Source: a virus
Length of the DNA stretch: 64,000 bases
Reading direction: 5' to 3' (one strand)
Virus record (IMG/VR): IMGVR_UViG_3300025770_000656
Shown: in pieces, positions 47,713-55,601 of the stretch
How the letters are laid out: every line of letters begins with the position of its first letter
Numbering within the stretch: the first letter of the stretch is position 1
Notes under the pieces: generated by a model
What the model saw: the letters and a program-made list of their open reading frames with translations, nothing else
Database searches by the model: none
What the model was told of the DNA's origin: nothing
Made by a program: the position numbers and the translations under genes

Positions 47713-48487
47713 TATTTTTCCTTTCGATGTCTTCTTCAATACAATTTTCACCGTACTGAATCTCAACTATTTTAAGTGGCTGGTCAGTTTCATTAGCTAG
47801 CATATGCCACTTTTCTTCTTCAATCCACAACTTATCATGGGGATTAAAGACTCCCCAAAGTTCTAAGTCGCTGCTAACAGGACTAATTGTATATACAGTA
47901 GCTTGACCTTCGGCAATAAACCAAAGTTCACTACGCTTTCGATGCTTCTGCATACTTAGGGACTTACCAGGAGTAACGTCTAGTTCTTTAACCTTAACAT
48001 GATTTGTTACTTCGTGTAATACTCTATACTTTCCCCAAACTCTTTCAGTAGTTGGTTTACTCCATTCTTCCAGGATCCAACTACTACTATTTGCTTTGTT
48101 ACTTCCTCCGACGCCAAATTCAAATTTTACAGGACTATGTCCGCTGTACACAATTTCTTCAGGGATGTTATCTTCTCCACGGTCGCCGCCATTTGCAAAA
48201 ATAACAACGTCTTCAGTATTCTTTTCGCCCAAAACTTTAAAAATGGCTTGGGTAGCAGTTCCATCGTTATCGTTAAACTCAATAACCTGATCAACCATTT
48301 TTAAATTTTCCAGCACTGCCTTACGCTCACTAAACGGCATAAAAGGACGTCCTTTTTTACGTTGTAACCAAGTATCACTGTTAAGACCAACAACAAGTTT
48401 GTCTCCAAGTGTCCTTGCAACTTTAAGATAACTAATATGTCCACTATGCAAGGGGTCGAATCCTCCAGTAGCTAAAACTATTTTCAT
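47696..48487 (-). CDS. cytidylyltransferase (HIGH) fused to mannose-6-phosphate-isomerase type II cupin
   Basis: ATGGFDPLHSGH...VVGLNSD..L.RKKG...FANGGDR, then WGKY...SLSMQKH..RSELW...H.L.N...IVEIQYG...EEDIER. Confidence 0.85.
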   Translation of the reverse strand: MKIVLATGGFDPLHSGHISYLKVARTLGDKLVVGLNSDTWLQRKKGRPFMPFSERKAVLENLKMVDQVIEFNDNDGTATQAIFKVLGEKNTEDVVIFANGGDRGEDNIPEEIVYSGHSPVKFEFGVGGSNKANSSSWILEEWSKPTTERVWGKYRVLHEVTNHVKVKELDVTPGKSLSMQKHRKRSELWFIAEGQATVYTISPVSSDLELWGVFNPHDKLWIEEEKWHMLANETDQPLKIVEIQYGENCIEEDIERKNNVITS

Positions 48488-48563
48488 GTTTAAAACTCCT
48501 TATAAATATATACGCATATTATATTAGTATAATTATAGTTTATTATCAAGGAAAAATCAATAA

Positions 48564-49259
48564 ATGATTAACAATATTTACGTAGGATGGGATAGCAGGG
48601 AAGACATTGCTTTCCAAGTGTGCGAACATAGTATTTATAAACGCACATACAGGGACTTTATAAATGTGATTCCTCTTAAACAGCATGAGCTCAGAGAACA
48701 GGGAAAGTACTGGAGGGAAAAGGATAAACTTTCTAGTACAGAATTTACGTTTACTAGATTTCTTGTTCCATACTTAAATGATTATAAAGGTATTGCAGTT
48801 TTTTGTGACTGTGATATGGTGTGGCTAATTGATGCTTACCACGTATTCATGAACGGCTTTACAAAAGACAAGGATAAAGCAGTTTGGGTAGTTAAACACG
48901 AATATGAGCCAGAAGAAGGTATTAAGATGGATGGACAGCTACAGTTACCATATCCACGTAAAAACTGGAGTAGTATGATGGTTTTTAACTGTGAACATCC
49001 TAAAAATCGTGCATTAGATCTAGAAACAATTAATACAAAACCTGGTAGCTATTTGCATCGTTTTGAATGGTTAGATGACGATGACATAGGTGAACTTGGG
49101 CCAGAATGGAACTGGTTAGTTGGTCATTATAAAGAGCCAGAGCATGGTAAACCCAAGATATTACACTATACACTAGGCGGCCCATGGTTTGAAAACATGC
49201 GAGATTGTGAATATGATCATGTGTGGAAGAAAGAAATTATTAACTTGTATTCATCATGA
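48564..49259 (+). CDS. GT-A glycosyltransferase
   Basis: IYVGWDSRE...STEFTFTRFLVP...FCDCDM...YPRKNWSSMMVFN...HYTLGGPWF. Confidence 0.75.
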   Translation: MINNIYVGWDSREDIAFQVCEHSIYKRTYRDFINVIPLKQHELREQGKYWREKDKLSSTEFTFTRFLVPYLNDYKGIAVFCDCDMVWLIDAYHVFMNGFTKDKDKAVWVVKHEYEPEEGIKMDGQLQLPYPRKNWSSMMVFNCEHPKNRALDLETINTKPGSYLHRFEWLDDDDIGELGPEWNWLVGHYKEPEHGKPKILHYTLGGPWFENMRDCEYDHVWKKEIINLYSS

Positions 49260-50287
49260 TCAGAGAGTATATGACAGACGGTGTTGCACAATTTAATCGT
49301 GTGCAGATATTAGATTACGCAGACTCAAAAAATAGTGAAGCTCTACGTTCAGACGGTAAATTATATAATCTAGAACTAGGCAAAGGTGCTGCAAAAATTA
49401 AATTCCCCAGAGATGTTGTACATCCTATTGCTAATAAGCGTAATGGAGAGTTTTTCTTATGGTGGAGCAAGCCATTAATTAATTACTATCACTTAATACT
49501 GGACGGGCTGGGGTGTTTGTATTACTATCTTGAATTGCGTAAAAAGAATCCAAACATCGTTTTGTTGCTTAATCGCACACCTAAACCTGGCTATGCTGGA
49601 TACCCTCCTTTTGTTAGTGAACTGCTGAGCTTGTTTGATGTTATCTGGGAATATACTGACCCTTCTACTGAGTACGATACTGTATACTTTGGAGATACAC
49701 TTAATCAGAATGAGGCTGGAAAACGCCAAAAGCCAGACCCCAGGCAATGGGACTTAATTGACTATCTAGTTGACCGTTGTGTAACCAGAACAGAAGTGCC
49801 AGAGCTCAGTAAAATTTACATAAGCAGGCGGGCTCATGCCAATCCTGTTAACTTAGACCGTAAAGCAATAATTGGTGAAGATAACACCATTAAGCGAGGG
49901 CTAACTAATGAAGATCAAGTAGTAGAGATACTACGAGATCTAGGTTACACAGAAGTATTTGGTGAAAATTATACACTGGCTCAAAAAATTGCCTTGTTTA
50001 GTAGAATGGACAAGTATATTAGCACCGCAGGTGCCGGCGTAACTAATATGCTCTGGGTTAGAGATCATGAGGTAAGTGTGGGCGGAATACATACTCCTGG
50101 ATTTCCATTTCCCAGCAATACTCACAGCAGACATATTTGCACCCATAGACCTTACAGTAAGGCAAACATTATAAACTATCCAGGGAAAGTACTATTTCAT
50201 GATCCAGATGCAGGTGCTAAAGATTATAACAATCCCTGGTATATTAATAATCTAGATGCCTTTAAAAACTGGGCTAAAACAATATAA
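49256..50287 (+). CDS. GT61/DUF563-like glycosyltransferase
   Basis: NYYHLILD...KIYISRR...RGLTNEDQV...LAQKIALFS...GAGVTNMLW. Confidence 0.7.
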   Translation: MIREYMTDGVAQFNRVQILDYADSKNSEALRSDGKLYNLELGKGAAKIKFPRDVVHPIANKRNGEFFLWWSKPLINYYHLILDGLGCLYYYLELRKKNPNIVLLLNRTPKPGYAGYPPFVSELLSLFDVIWEYTDPSTEYDTVYFGDTLNQNEAGKRQKPDPRQWDLIDYLVDRCVTRTEVPELSKIYISRRAHANPVNLDRKAIIGEDNTIKRGLTNEDQVVEILRDLGYTEVFGENYTLAQKIALFSRMDKYISTAGAGVTNMLWVRDHEVSVGGIHTPGFPFPSNTHSRHICTHRPYSKANIINYPGKVLFHDPDAGAKDYNNPWYINNLDAFKNWAKTI

Positions 50288-50328
50288 ATATGTACGTACT
50301 CATGGAGGAGTGCTGGAAGTAGGTAATT

Positions 50329-50889
50329 ATGGTTGCAGAAATATTAGCTGGCATTGCACTAGCAAAGTCTGCGGTCACCGGTATTAAGAGTATGATTGAT
50401 ACGGCAAATGATGTTGGTGATATAGCTCATCACATTGACAATCTTTTTAAAAGTCGTGACCAAGTTAAGAGAGATATCCATAAAAATCAAAACGCAAAAA
50501 AACCTAAAAGTAAAATGCGTTCTATGTTTACTAAAACAACAGGAGAGGATGAGGACGATGATCTAAGTGTTGGTGCTGTAGCCACTATGGTGCTTGAGCA
50601 GAAGAAGATGGATAGAGAGATTTTAAATCTTGGAATCAGAATCGACAATAAGTTCGGCGAGGGCACATGGACTGAGATTTTAGAAACAAGAAAGAAAATG
50701 ATTGCTGAGCATAAAAAACAAGTAGAAGCTCAAAAAGAAATGGATAAGCAGCATGATAAAGAGGTTCACGATTTTTGGATAAAAGTTTGGACATGGACAT
50801 GGCAAATAACCACAGTAATTACAACTATATTGGCTCTATGGGGATGGTTATCTTATGCAAGTAAGGGTAAGATTCCTTGGATATGGTAA
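50329..50889 (+). CDS. hypothetical protein with C-terminal TM segment
   Basis: 186 aa; hydrophobic C-terminal WTWQITTVITTILALWGWL; promoter TATAAATA at 50283. Confidence 0.65.
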   Translation: MVAEILAGIALAKSAVTGIKSMIDTANDVGDIAHHIDNLFKSRDQVKRDIHKNQNAKKPKSKMRSMFTKTTGEDEDDDLSVGAVATMVLEQKKMDREILNLGIRIDNKFGEGTWTEILETRKKMIAEHKKQVEAQKEMDKQHDKEVHDFWIKVWTWTWQITTVITTILALWGWLSYASKGKIPWIW

Positions 50890-50898
50890 CTAATAAAG

Positions 50899-51585
50899 AT
50901 GGACAATGTTGTTCTTAATGAACTAACGGATGAAAATCTTGTCCTACAAATGCATGATGATATGTATGATGGGCTTGCTGCTGAAATAGCAGAAGGCACA
51001 CAAATTCTACTTAACCGAGATTGGAAACCTTACGCTGTTCTCAATGAGGCTCTAATCGCCGGCATGAAAATTGTCGGTATTGATTTTCGAGATGGCATTT
51101 TATTCGTACCGGAAGTTCTTCTTGCAGCAAATGCAATGAAGGCGGGAATGGCTATTCTACGACCTTTATTAGCTGAATCAGATGCACCGCGGGTTGGCAC
51201 CATAGTTATTGGAACTGTTAAGGGTGATATACATGATATAGGCAAAAACCTAGTAAGCATGTTGTTAGAAGGTGCAGGATTTGAAGTTATTGATATTGGT
51301 GTTAACACTGATGTTGATGAGTATATAACTGCTCTAGAAGAACATAATGCTGATATTCTAGGCATGTCTGCATTATTGACTACGACAATGGGATATATGA
51401 AGGTTGTAATTTATGAACTTGAACAACGTGGATTACGTAATAATTACCGTGTTATAGTAGGCGGCGCTCCTTTGAATGAGGAGTTTGCTATTAATATTGG
51501 TGCAGATGCCTACTGTCGCGATGCTATGGTGGCAGTTGAAACCTCGACAGCCTTCATGAAGGAATCGCTAGATAATAGCTTATGA
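50899..51585 (+). CDS. mtbC: stand-alone cobalamin-binding corrinoid protein (MtbC / split-MetH B12 module)
   Basis: Cap domain (EALIAGMKIVGIDFRDGILFVPEVLLAANAMK) plus B12 domain with GTVKGDIHDIGKNLV (DxHxxG), GMSALLTTTM and VIVGGAP...IGADAYCRDA. Confidence 0.9.
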   Translation: MDNVVLNELTDENLVLQMHDDMYDGLAAEIAEGTQILLNRDWKPYAVLNEALIAGMKIVGIDFRDGILFVPEVLLAANAMKAGMAILRPLLAESDAPRVGTIVIGTVKGDIHDIGKNLVSMLLEGAGFEVIDIGVNTDVDEYITALEEHNADILGMSALLTTTMGYMKVVIYELEQRGLRNNYRVIVGGAPLNEEFAINIGADAYCRDAMVAVETSTAFMKESLDNSL

Positions 51586-51618
51586 TGTGTTTAGCCCCGG
51601 GTCGTGGGATTGATTCAA

Positions 51619-52302
51619 CTACAAGGTACACAAATAATACGGACGTTCTAATGTCTGTCCTGGTATTTTCTTTACACTACTAAAATTTTTATTAACCGAT
51701 TCTACAAACAGTTTTTCTGTGTAGTCAGTATCTATTGTCCATTTATGGCCTTTTTTGTCACGTTCTGTTGGAAACTCAAAGAGTACGTGCTTGTTACTCT
51801 TGCTAGCAAAGTCACCAACTAGTTTATCCATGTCGCGATATTGTTCAGTACGATCATAGAGATGATGTATAACATTAAACACTGTTAACAAATCATATGT
51901 GTCACTACACGTAACCCAGCCCTCTAAATTGCTATGGGTAAAACTAGAATCTCTTAGCAAGTCATGATGTCTAGCTTTAATACTCTGACAAACGCCAATG
52001 TATTCCATGTTGTAGTCTACTCCCATGCTAGGGATACGTGCTATTGAACTTAAAAATACGTAATATCCCAGGTTACAGCCAAAGTCAGCGTAAGTCTTGG
52101 GTCGGATATCGTTAATAATTTCTTTAAAGAATTCGCTTTTAACTTTTGTATCAGTCCATGGCCGTGACTTTGTAGGATTGCTGGATGCTGAAATAGCGTT
52201 ATCAGATACCATATAATTCTGATAGCCACGCACGATTGTTATGTCACTTTCATGCCCGCCATAGTCAATACTTTCTATGTCTGCACGTTCTAATGTCTGC
52301 AT
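51619..52302 (-). CDS. class I SAM-dependent methyltransferase
   Basis: YADFGCNLGYY...GVDYN...YDLLTVFNVIHH...VLFEFP. Confidence 0.75.
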   Translation of the reverse strand: MQTLERADIESIDYGGHESDITIVRGYQNYMVSDNAISASSNPTKSRPWTDTKVKSEFFKEIINDIRPKTYADFGCNLGYYVFLSSIARIPSMGVDYNMEYIGVCQSIKARHHDLLRDSSFTHSNLEGWVTCSDTYDLLTVFNVIHHLYDRTEQYRDMDKLVGDFASKSNKHVLFEFPTERDKKGHKWTIDTDYTEKLFVESVNKNFSSVKKIPGQTLERPYYLCTL

Positions 52303-52314
52303 GCTGTATTTACC

Positions 52315-52449
52315 TTAGCTATGGCAATAGATAAAAATACCAAGAAGTACTGCTAAAATTATAATAACCCATCCAATAAAACTTAATACGCTAGGAAAAA
52401 ACTGAGCTAAGAGTATAATAACTATAACAAGCAGTAAAAAATGCAACAT
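52315..52449 (-). CDS. small hydrophobic membrane protein (not in ORF track)
   Basis: 44 aa MLHFLLLVIVIILLAQFFPSVLSFIGWVIIILAVLLGIFIYCHS; its ATG overlaps the upstream TAA. Confidence 0.55.
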   Translation of the reverse strand: MLHFLLLVIVIILLAQFFPSVLSFIGWVIIILAVLLGIFIYCHS

Positions 52450-52625
52450 TAATTTAGCCTTCCAAAATACCTATTCAAAGCGGCTATAACACCTGACCAA
52501 TAGTTTTTACCCCATTCACCAGTGCAATTATCATATGCTTGACGAGCATTAGTTACCAGCCTAAAGTACTGCTCTTCATTAAGTGAATCTACATTTCCAG
52601 TTTGGGATCTTACTACGTGTTTCAT
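52449..52625 (-). CDS. small hypothetical protein
   Basis: 58 aa MKHVVRSQTG...RYFGRLN; the tracked longer ORF overlaps the upstream gene. Confidence 0.5.
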   Translation of the reverse strand: MKHVVRSQTGNVDSLNEEQYFRLVTNARQAYDNCTGEWGKNYWSGVIAALNRYFGRLN

Positions 52626-52632
52626 TTTATGC

Positions 52633-52890
52633 TTACTTTGGATCAGTATCTTCAGTAAGTGTTCCGCACTTAGTAGTGGCAGCCATTGCTGCCATTGCAT
52701 TAAGCATAGCAGCAAACATCTGCTCGCCTTTACGATCTTTAGGCTTTTTATACCGATAAACGCAACTAGCAGACACGCCATCCTGTGATTGTACTGCATC
52801 TCTTGCAAACATACAACTGTCCATGTTTTTAAACTGAGCACTTCCTACCATTGTGCTACCTACCAGGGTAACCATAACTACAGTATTCAT
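52633..52890 (-). CDS. small exported/membrane hypothetical protein
   Basis: 85 aa, GAGGAG RBS, hydrophobic N-terminus, F..M.SC....C motif. Confidence 0.6.
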   Translation of the reverse strand: MNTVVMVTLVGSTMVGSAQFKNMDSCMFARDAVQSQDGVSASCVYRYKKPKDRKGEQMFAAMLNAMAAMAATTKCGTLTEDTDPK

Positions 52891-52905
52891 GAGATCTCCT
52901 CTTTA

Positions 52906-52980
52906 ATAACTTTTCCTTTTTCACTCATTACGTGGTGTATCTCTCACCAGTAAACATGTTAACCATGTCTACACCAGGGC
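52906..52980. repeat. 75-bp direct repeat, copy 1
   Basis: ATAACTTTTCCTTTTTCACTCATTACGTGGTGTATCTCTCACCAGTAAACATGTTAACCATGTCTACACCAGGGC; one mismatch to copy 2. Confidence 0.95.
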
Positions 52981-53068
52981 CCAAAGGAAAGTCTTGAGCA
53001 CTTGTCGAAGTTTGACACCCTGTCATCATCGTTAATGCTACAGCAGCGATTGCAAGTGACTTTTTCAT
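52928..53068 (-). CDS. short lipoprotein-signal ORF ending in repeat-encoded tail (possible chimera)
   Basis: 46 aa MKKSLAIAAVALTMMTGC-QTSTSAQDFPL-GPGVDMVNMFTGERYTT; AGGAG RBS; lipobox-like MTGC. Confidence 0.55.
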   Translation of the reverse strand: MKKSLAIAAVALTMMTGCQTSTSAQDFPLGPGVDMVNMFTGERYTT

Positions 53069-53247
53069 TAGAATTCTCCTAACTGTGTTTCGAGATATTT
53101 ACGGGCATAGTCACCCGCCATGGTTGACCGAAAAAACTTATCAGCATCTGCGGCTACCTCATCAACGGTGAACTCTGAGTCACCACCATAGAAGTATCCA
53201 TCACAGAACTCTTCGATATCCATCATGTAATTTTTCATCTTACTCAT
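53068..53247 (-). CDS. small acidic hypothetical protein (not in ORF track)
   Basis: 59 aa MSKMKNYMMDIEEFCDGYF...LETQLGEF; its stop overlaps the next ATG. Confidence 0.6.
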   Translation of the reverse strand: MSKMKNYMMDIEEFCDGYFYGGDSEFTVDEVAADADKFFRSTMAGDYARKYLETQLGEF

Positions 53248-53495
53248 AACAACAACCCCAAAACTTTCTGGGCCGCAAGACCCTTCTTTTCAGCCAGATC
53301 AAATGCGCCCTTATCGGCCTTGAAAATAGCTTCGCCACCCTGGCCGTAATATTCTTCATCATCAATACTACCATACCGTTCAACATAGGCAGCCAAGTTG
53401 CCACCGTGGTTCGCAAACCACCGCCGCTGGCTATCCCGCTCTTTAATCCAAAATCTTGCGTTCTTTTTATTCATAACTTTTCCTTTTTCACTCAT
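53244..53495 (-). CDS. hypothetical protein
   Basis: 83 aa (or from the internal ATG at MNKKNARF). Confidence 0.6.
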   Translation of the reverse strand: MSEKGKVMNKKNARFWIKERDSQRRWFANHGGNLAAYVERYGSIDDEEYYGQGGEAIFKADKGAFDLAEKKGLAAQKVLGLLL

Positions 53496-53547
53496 TACGT
53501 GGTGTATCTCTCACCAGTAAACACGTTAACCATGTCTACACCAGGGC
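53473..53547. repeat. 75-bp direct repeat, copy 2
   Basis: Identical to 52906-52980 except ACACGTT versus ACATGTT; 567 bp spacing. Confidence 0.95.
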
Positions 53548-53855
53548 TTCCTAGGAAACGAGTCCATTGCGGCTCTAGCTTCAAAACGCTCTTCAGCAAT
53601 TTGCTCTGGAGTACGTTCTGCCTGAGCCTGCATATAAACTTCCATGCTCTGTTTTACGCTGATTGAACGAGCAACTTCTGTAGCTTCTACATGTTGCTCA
53701 GTAACCAAACCAGCTTCTAGCAATTCTTTCATGGCATCCGCCATCAAAGGACGGTGCTCATATCCACCATCAAAGCCTTCTTCAAACTCCCAACCACAAA
53801 CAAAATCTTTAATAACAACTTCACCTGCTGTAAATTTGTCTGTCATGTAGCTCAT
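53495..53855 (-). pseudogene. early gene apparently frameshifted by a 16-nt insertion near its 3' end
   Basis: The ORF ends AAMDSFPRKPWCRHG* at 53526. Removing 53548-53563 gives AAMGPGVDMVNVFTGERYTT*, with TAA overlapping the next ATG. Confidence 0.5.
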
Positions 53856-53887
53856 TTGTTGGTCTCTTGTGTTGTTTAACTATACAT

Positions 53888-53917
53888 ATAATAACACAGA
53901 TCTAAGTCTGGTCAACC
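53888..53917 (-). promoter_or_regulatory. sigma70-type early promoter
   Basis: GGTTGAC-N14-TGTTATTAT on the minus strand, upstream of ATG 53855. Confidence 0.7.
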
Positions 53918-53921
53918 AATT

Positions 53922-54044
53922 CTAAGAAAAAATATACCAACAAATTGCAGAAACAGCAATTATGTCAGCACAAATACTCCATACAATGTATGCTTTAAAT
54001 GCCCATGGAGCCATGGACTTTAGTAGGTTCTGGGTCTTCAGCAT
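53922..54044 (-). CDS. small hydrophobic protein (not in ORF track)
   Basis: 40 aa MLKTQNLLKSMAPWAFKAYIVWSICADIIAVSAICWYIFS with a GAGGG RBS. Confidence 0.4.
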   Translation of the reverse strand: MLKTQNLLKSMAPWAFKAYIVWSICADIIAVSAICWYIFS

Positions 54045-54114
54045 CGCAAGATCCCTCTAAAGTTTGTAAAAAAATCATAATTTATGCCTTTTTTTGTTGA
54101 TATTTATCCTTTCT

Positions 54115-54144
54115 GGTTGACCATAGATAAATTTGTGCTATTAT
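54115..54144 (+). promoter_or_regulatory. sigma70-type early promoter
   Basis: GGTTGAC-N14-TGCTATTAT. Confidence 0.7.
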
Positions 54145-54172
54145 AAGTTATAGTTAGAAAACAACGGAGCAG

Positions 54173-54463
54173 ATGATGTCCAATTTGAACAAAGCACTTG
54201 AAGCCATTGCAATCCTCGATAACGACGAGCTGAACGACGTAGCCGAGGCTTTTAAGTTACGCCGTAACTTTTTGAACACCAAAGCCGCCCGTAGTTTTGT
54301 TGTTGGTGATCGGGTTGAGTTTACTGGCAAGCGTGGCAACAAGGTAGTTGGCGAAATTAAGAAGGTCAACCGCAAGAACCTAGTTGTTGAGGATCTTAAC
54401 TCTGCAACATCATGGCGTGTACCGGCTAATATGGTCAAACCTGCTTTAGGTCTTGGCCTTTAA
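54173..54463 (+). CDS. small SH3/KOW-like hypothetical early protein
   Basis: FVVGDRVEFTGKRG..VVGEIKKVNRKNLVV...WRVPANMV. Confidence 0.6.
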   Translation: MMSNLNKALEAIAILDNDELNDVAEAFKLRRNFLNTKAARSFVVGDRVEFTGKRGNKVVGEIKKVNRKNLVVEDLNSATSWRVPANMVKPALGLGL

Positions 54464-54469
54464 GTTTTC

Positions 54470-54499
54470 GGTTGACATAATGGCATAATCTGCTATTAT
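54470..54499 (+). promoter_or_regulatory. sigma70-type early promoter
   Basis: GGTTGAC-N14-TGCTATTAT. Confidence 0.7.
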
Positions 54500-54539
54500 G
54501 TATGAGTAAGTTAAATTAATGCTTGGAGGAGCAAACAAG

Positions 54540-55592
54540 ATGGATTACGTTCTTATTAAGTCAGGTACATACCAGAAGTTGCAAGTTACTGACAAGGTAT
54601 TCCCTGTAATTAAGCAATTCAAGACTGGTGCCCGTGGATCTTACATCACTGTAGATGGTACTATCCTTGGTAGCGACTATGCTCGCCCAGTTCGTATTAA
54701 ATGCACAAAAGCAGACATTGTAGATGTTGAGCAAGATGCATATGATCGTCAACTTTCCGCACTAGCAGTTAATACAGATATTAAGACTGCTAGCGATTTA
54801 GATAGCTTTACTCCAGAACAAGATGAAAAGCGGATGCAAGAGATTGAAGACCGTTTTGAAATCTTAAATGAAATGACTGGCGCTCTTAAGAGTGGCGATA
54901 TCCGTGCAATGATTGTAACGGGCCCTCCAGGTGTTGGCAAGAGTTACGGTGTTACACAGACTCTTGAAGAGCAGAGCATCTTTGAAGATGTTGCTAGCCG
55001 CAACCGCAAGTTTGAGGTTGTTAAAGGTGCAATGACTGCACTGGGCTTGTATGCTAAATTGCATGAGTTTAGCGAAAAAGGCAACGTACTAGTATTTGAC
55101 GATTGCGATAGTGTGCTGATGGACGATCTAGCCCTTAACATTCTTAAAGCCGCATTGGATTCAGGTAAGAAGCGTAAGATCTTCTGGAACGCAGATTCAG
55201 CTAAGTTACGTGCTGAAGGCATTCCTAATAGCTTTGAGTTTAAAGGTACTGCATGCTTTATCACTAACATCAAGTTTGAAAACGTAAAAAGCCGCCGTTT
55301 GCAGGACCACTTAGAAGCTCTGCAATCACGTTGCCATTACCTGGATCTTACACTGGATACGATGCGTGACAAGTATCTTCGCATCAAACAGATTGCACGT
55401 ACTGGTAAATTGTTTGGTTCTGATTACGGATTTACTCCAGAGCAAGAGCAAGAAGTCCTGGACTTCATGTTTGAGAACCGTAACAAGTTGCGTGAAATGA
55501 GCTTGCGTATGGCCCTTAAAGTTGCAGATCTCAAGAAGATCTCAGATAAGTGGCGTGTACTTGCAGAGTCAACTTGCATGAAACGAGCATAG
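54540..55592 (+). CDS. AAA+ family ATPase
   Basis: GPPGVGKS Walker A, VLVFDDCD Walker B, FITN sensor, ALQSRC Arg finger; GGAGG RBS before ATG 54540. Confidence 0.85.
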   Translation: MDYVLIKSGTYQKLQVTDKVFPVIKQFKTGARGSYITVDGTILGSDYARPVRIKCTKADIVDVEQDAYDRQLSALAVNTDIKTASDLDSFTPEQDEKRMQEIEDRFEILNEMTGALKSGDIRAMIVTGPPGVGKSYGVTQTLEEQSIFEDVASRNRKFEVVKGAMTALGLYAKLHEFSEKGNVLVFDDCDSVLMDDLALNILKAALDSGKKRKIFWNADSAKLRAEGIPNSFEFKGTACFITNIKFENVKSRRLQDHLEALQSRCHYLDLTLDTMRDKYLRIKQIARTGKLFGSDYGFTPEQEQEVLDFMFENRNKLREMSLRMALKVADLKKISDKWRVLAESTCMKRA

Positions 55593-55601
55593 AGATCGTT
55601 A

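Noticed and set aside
38288-48487. Fosfomycin/phosphonate pathway (cytidylyltransferase plus B12 radical SAM, as in Fom1/Fom3)
   Set aside because: No PEP mutase or phosphonopyruvate decarboxylase in the window; the cytidylyltransferase is fused to a sugar-isomerase cupin.
52906-53547. CRISPR array or att sites
   Set aside because: Only two 75-bp copies 567 bp apart, both coding; no cas or integrase gene nearby.
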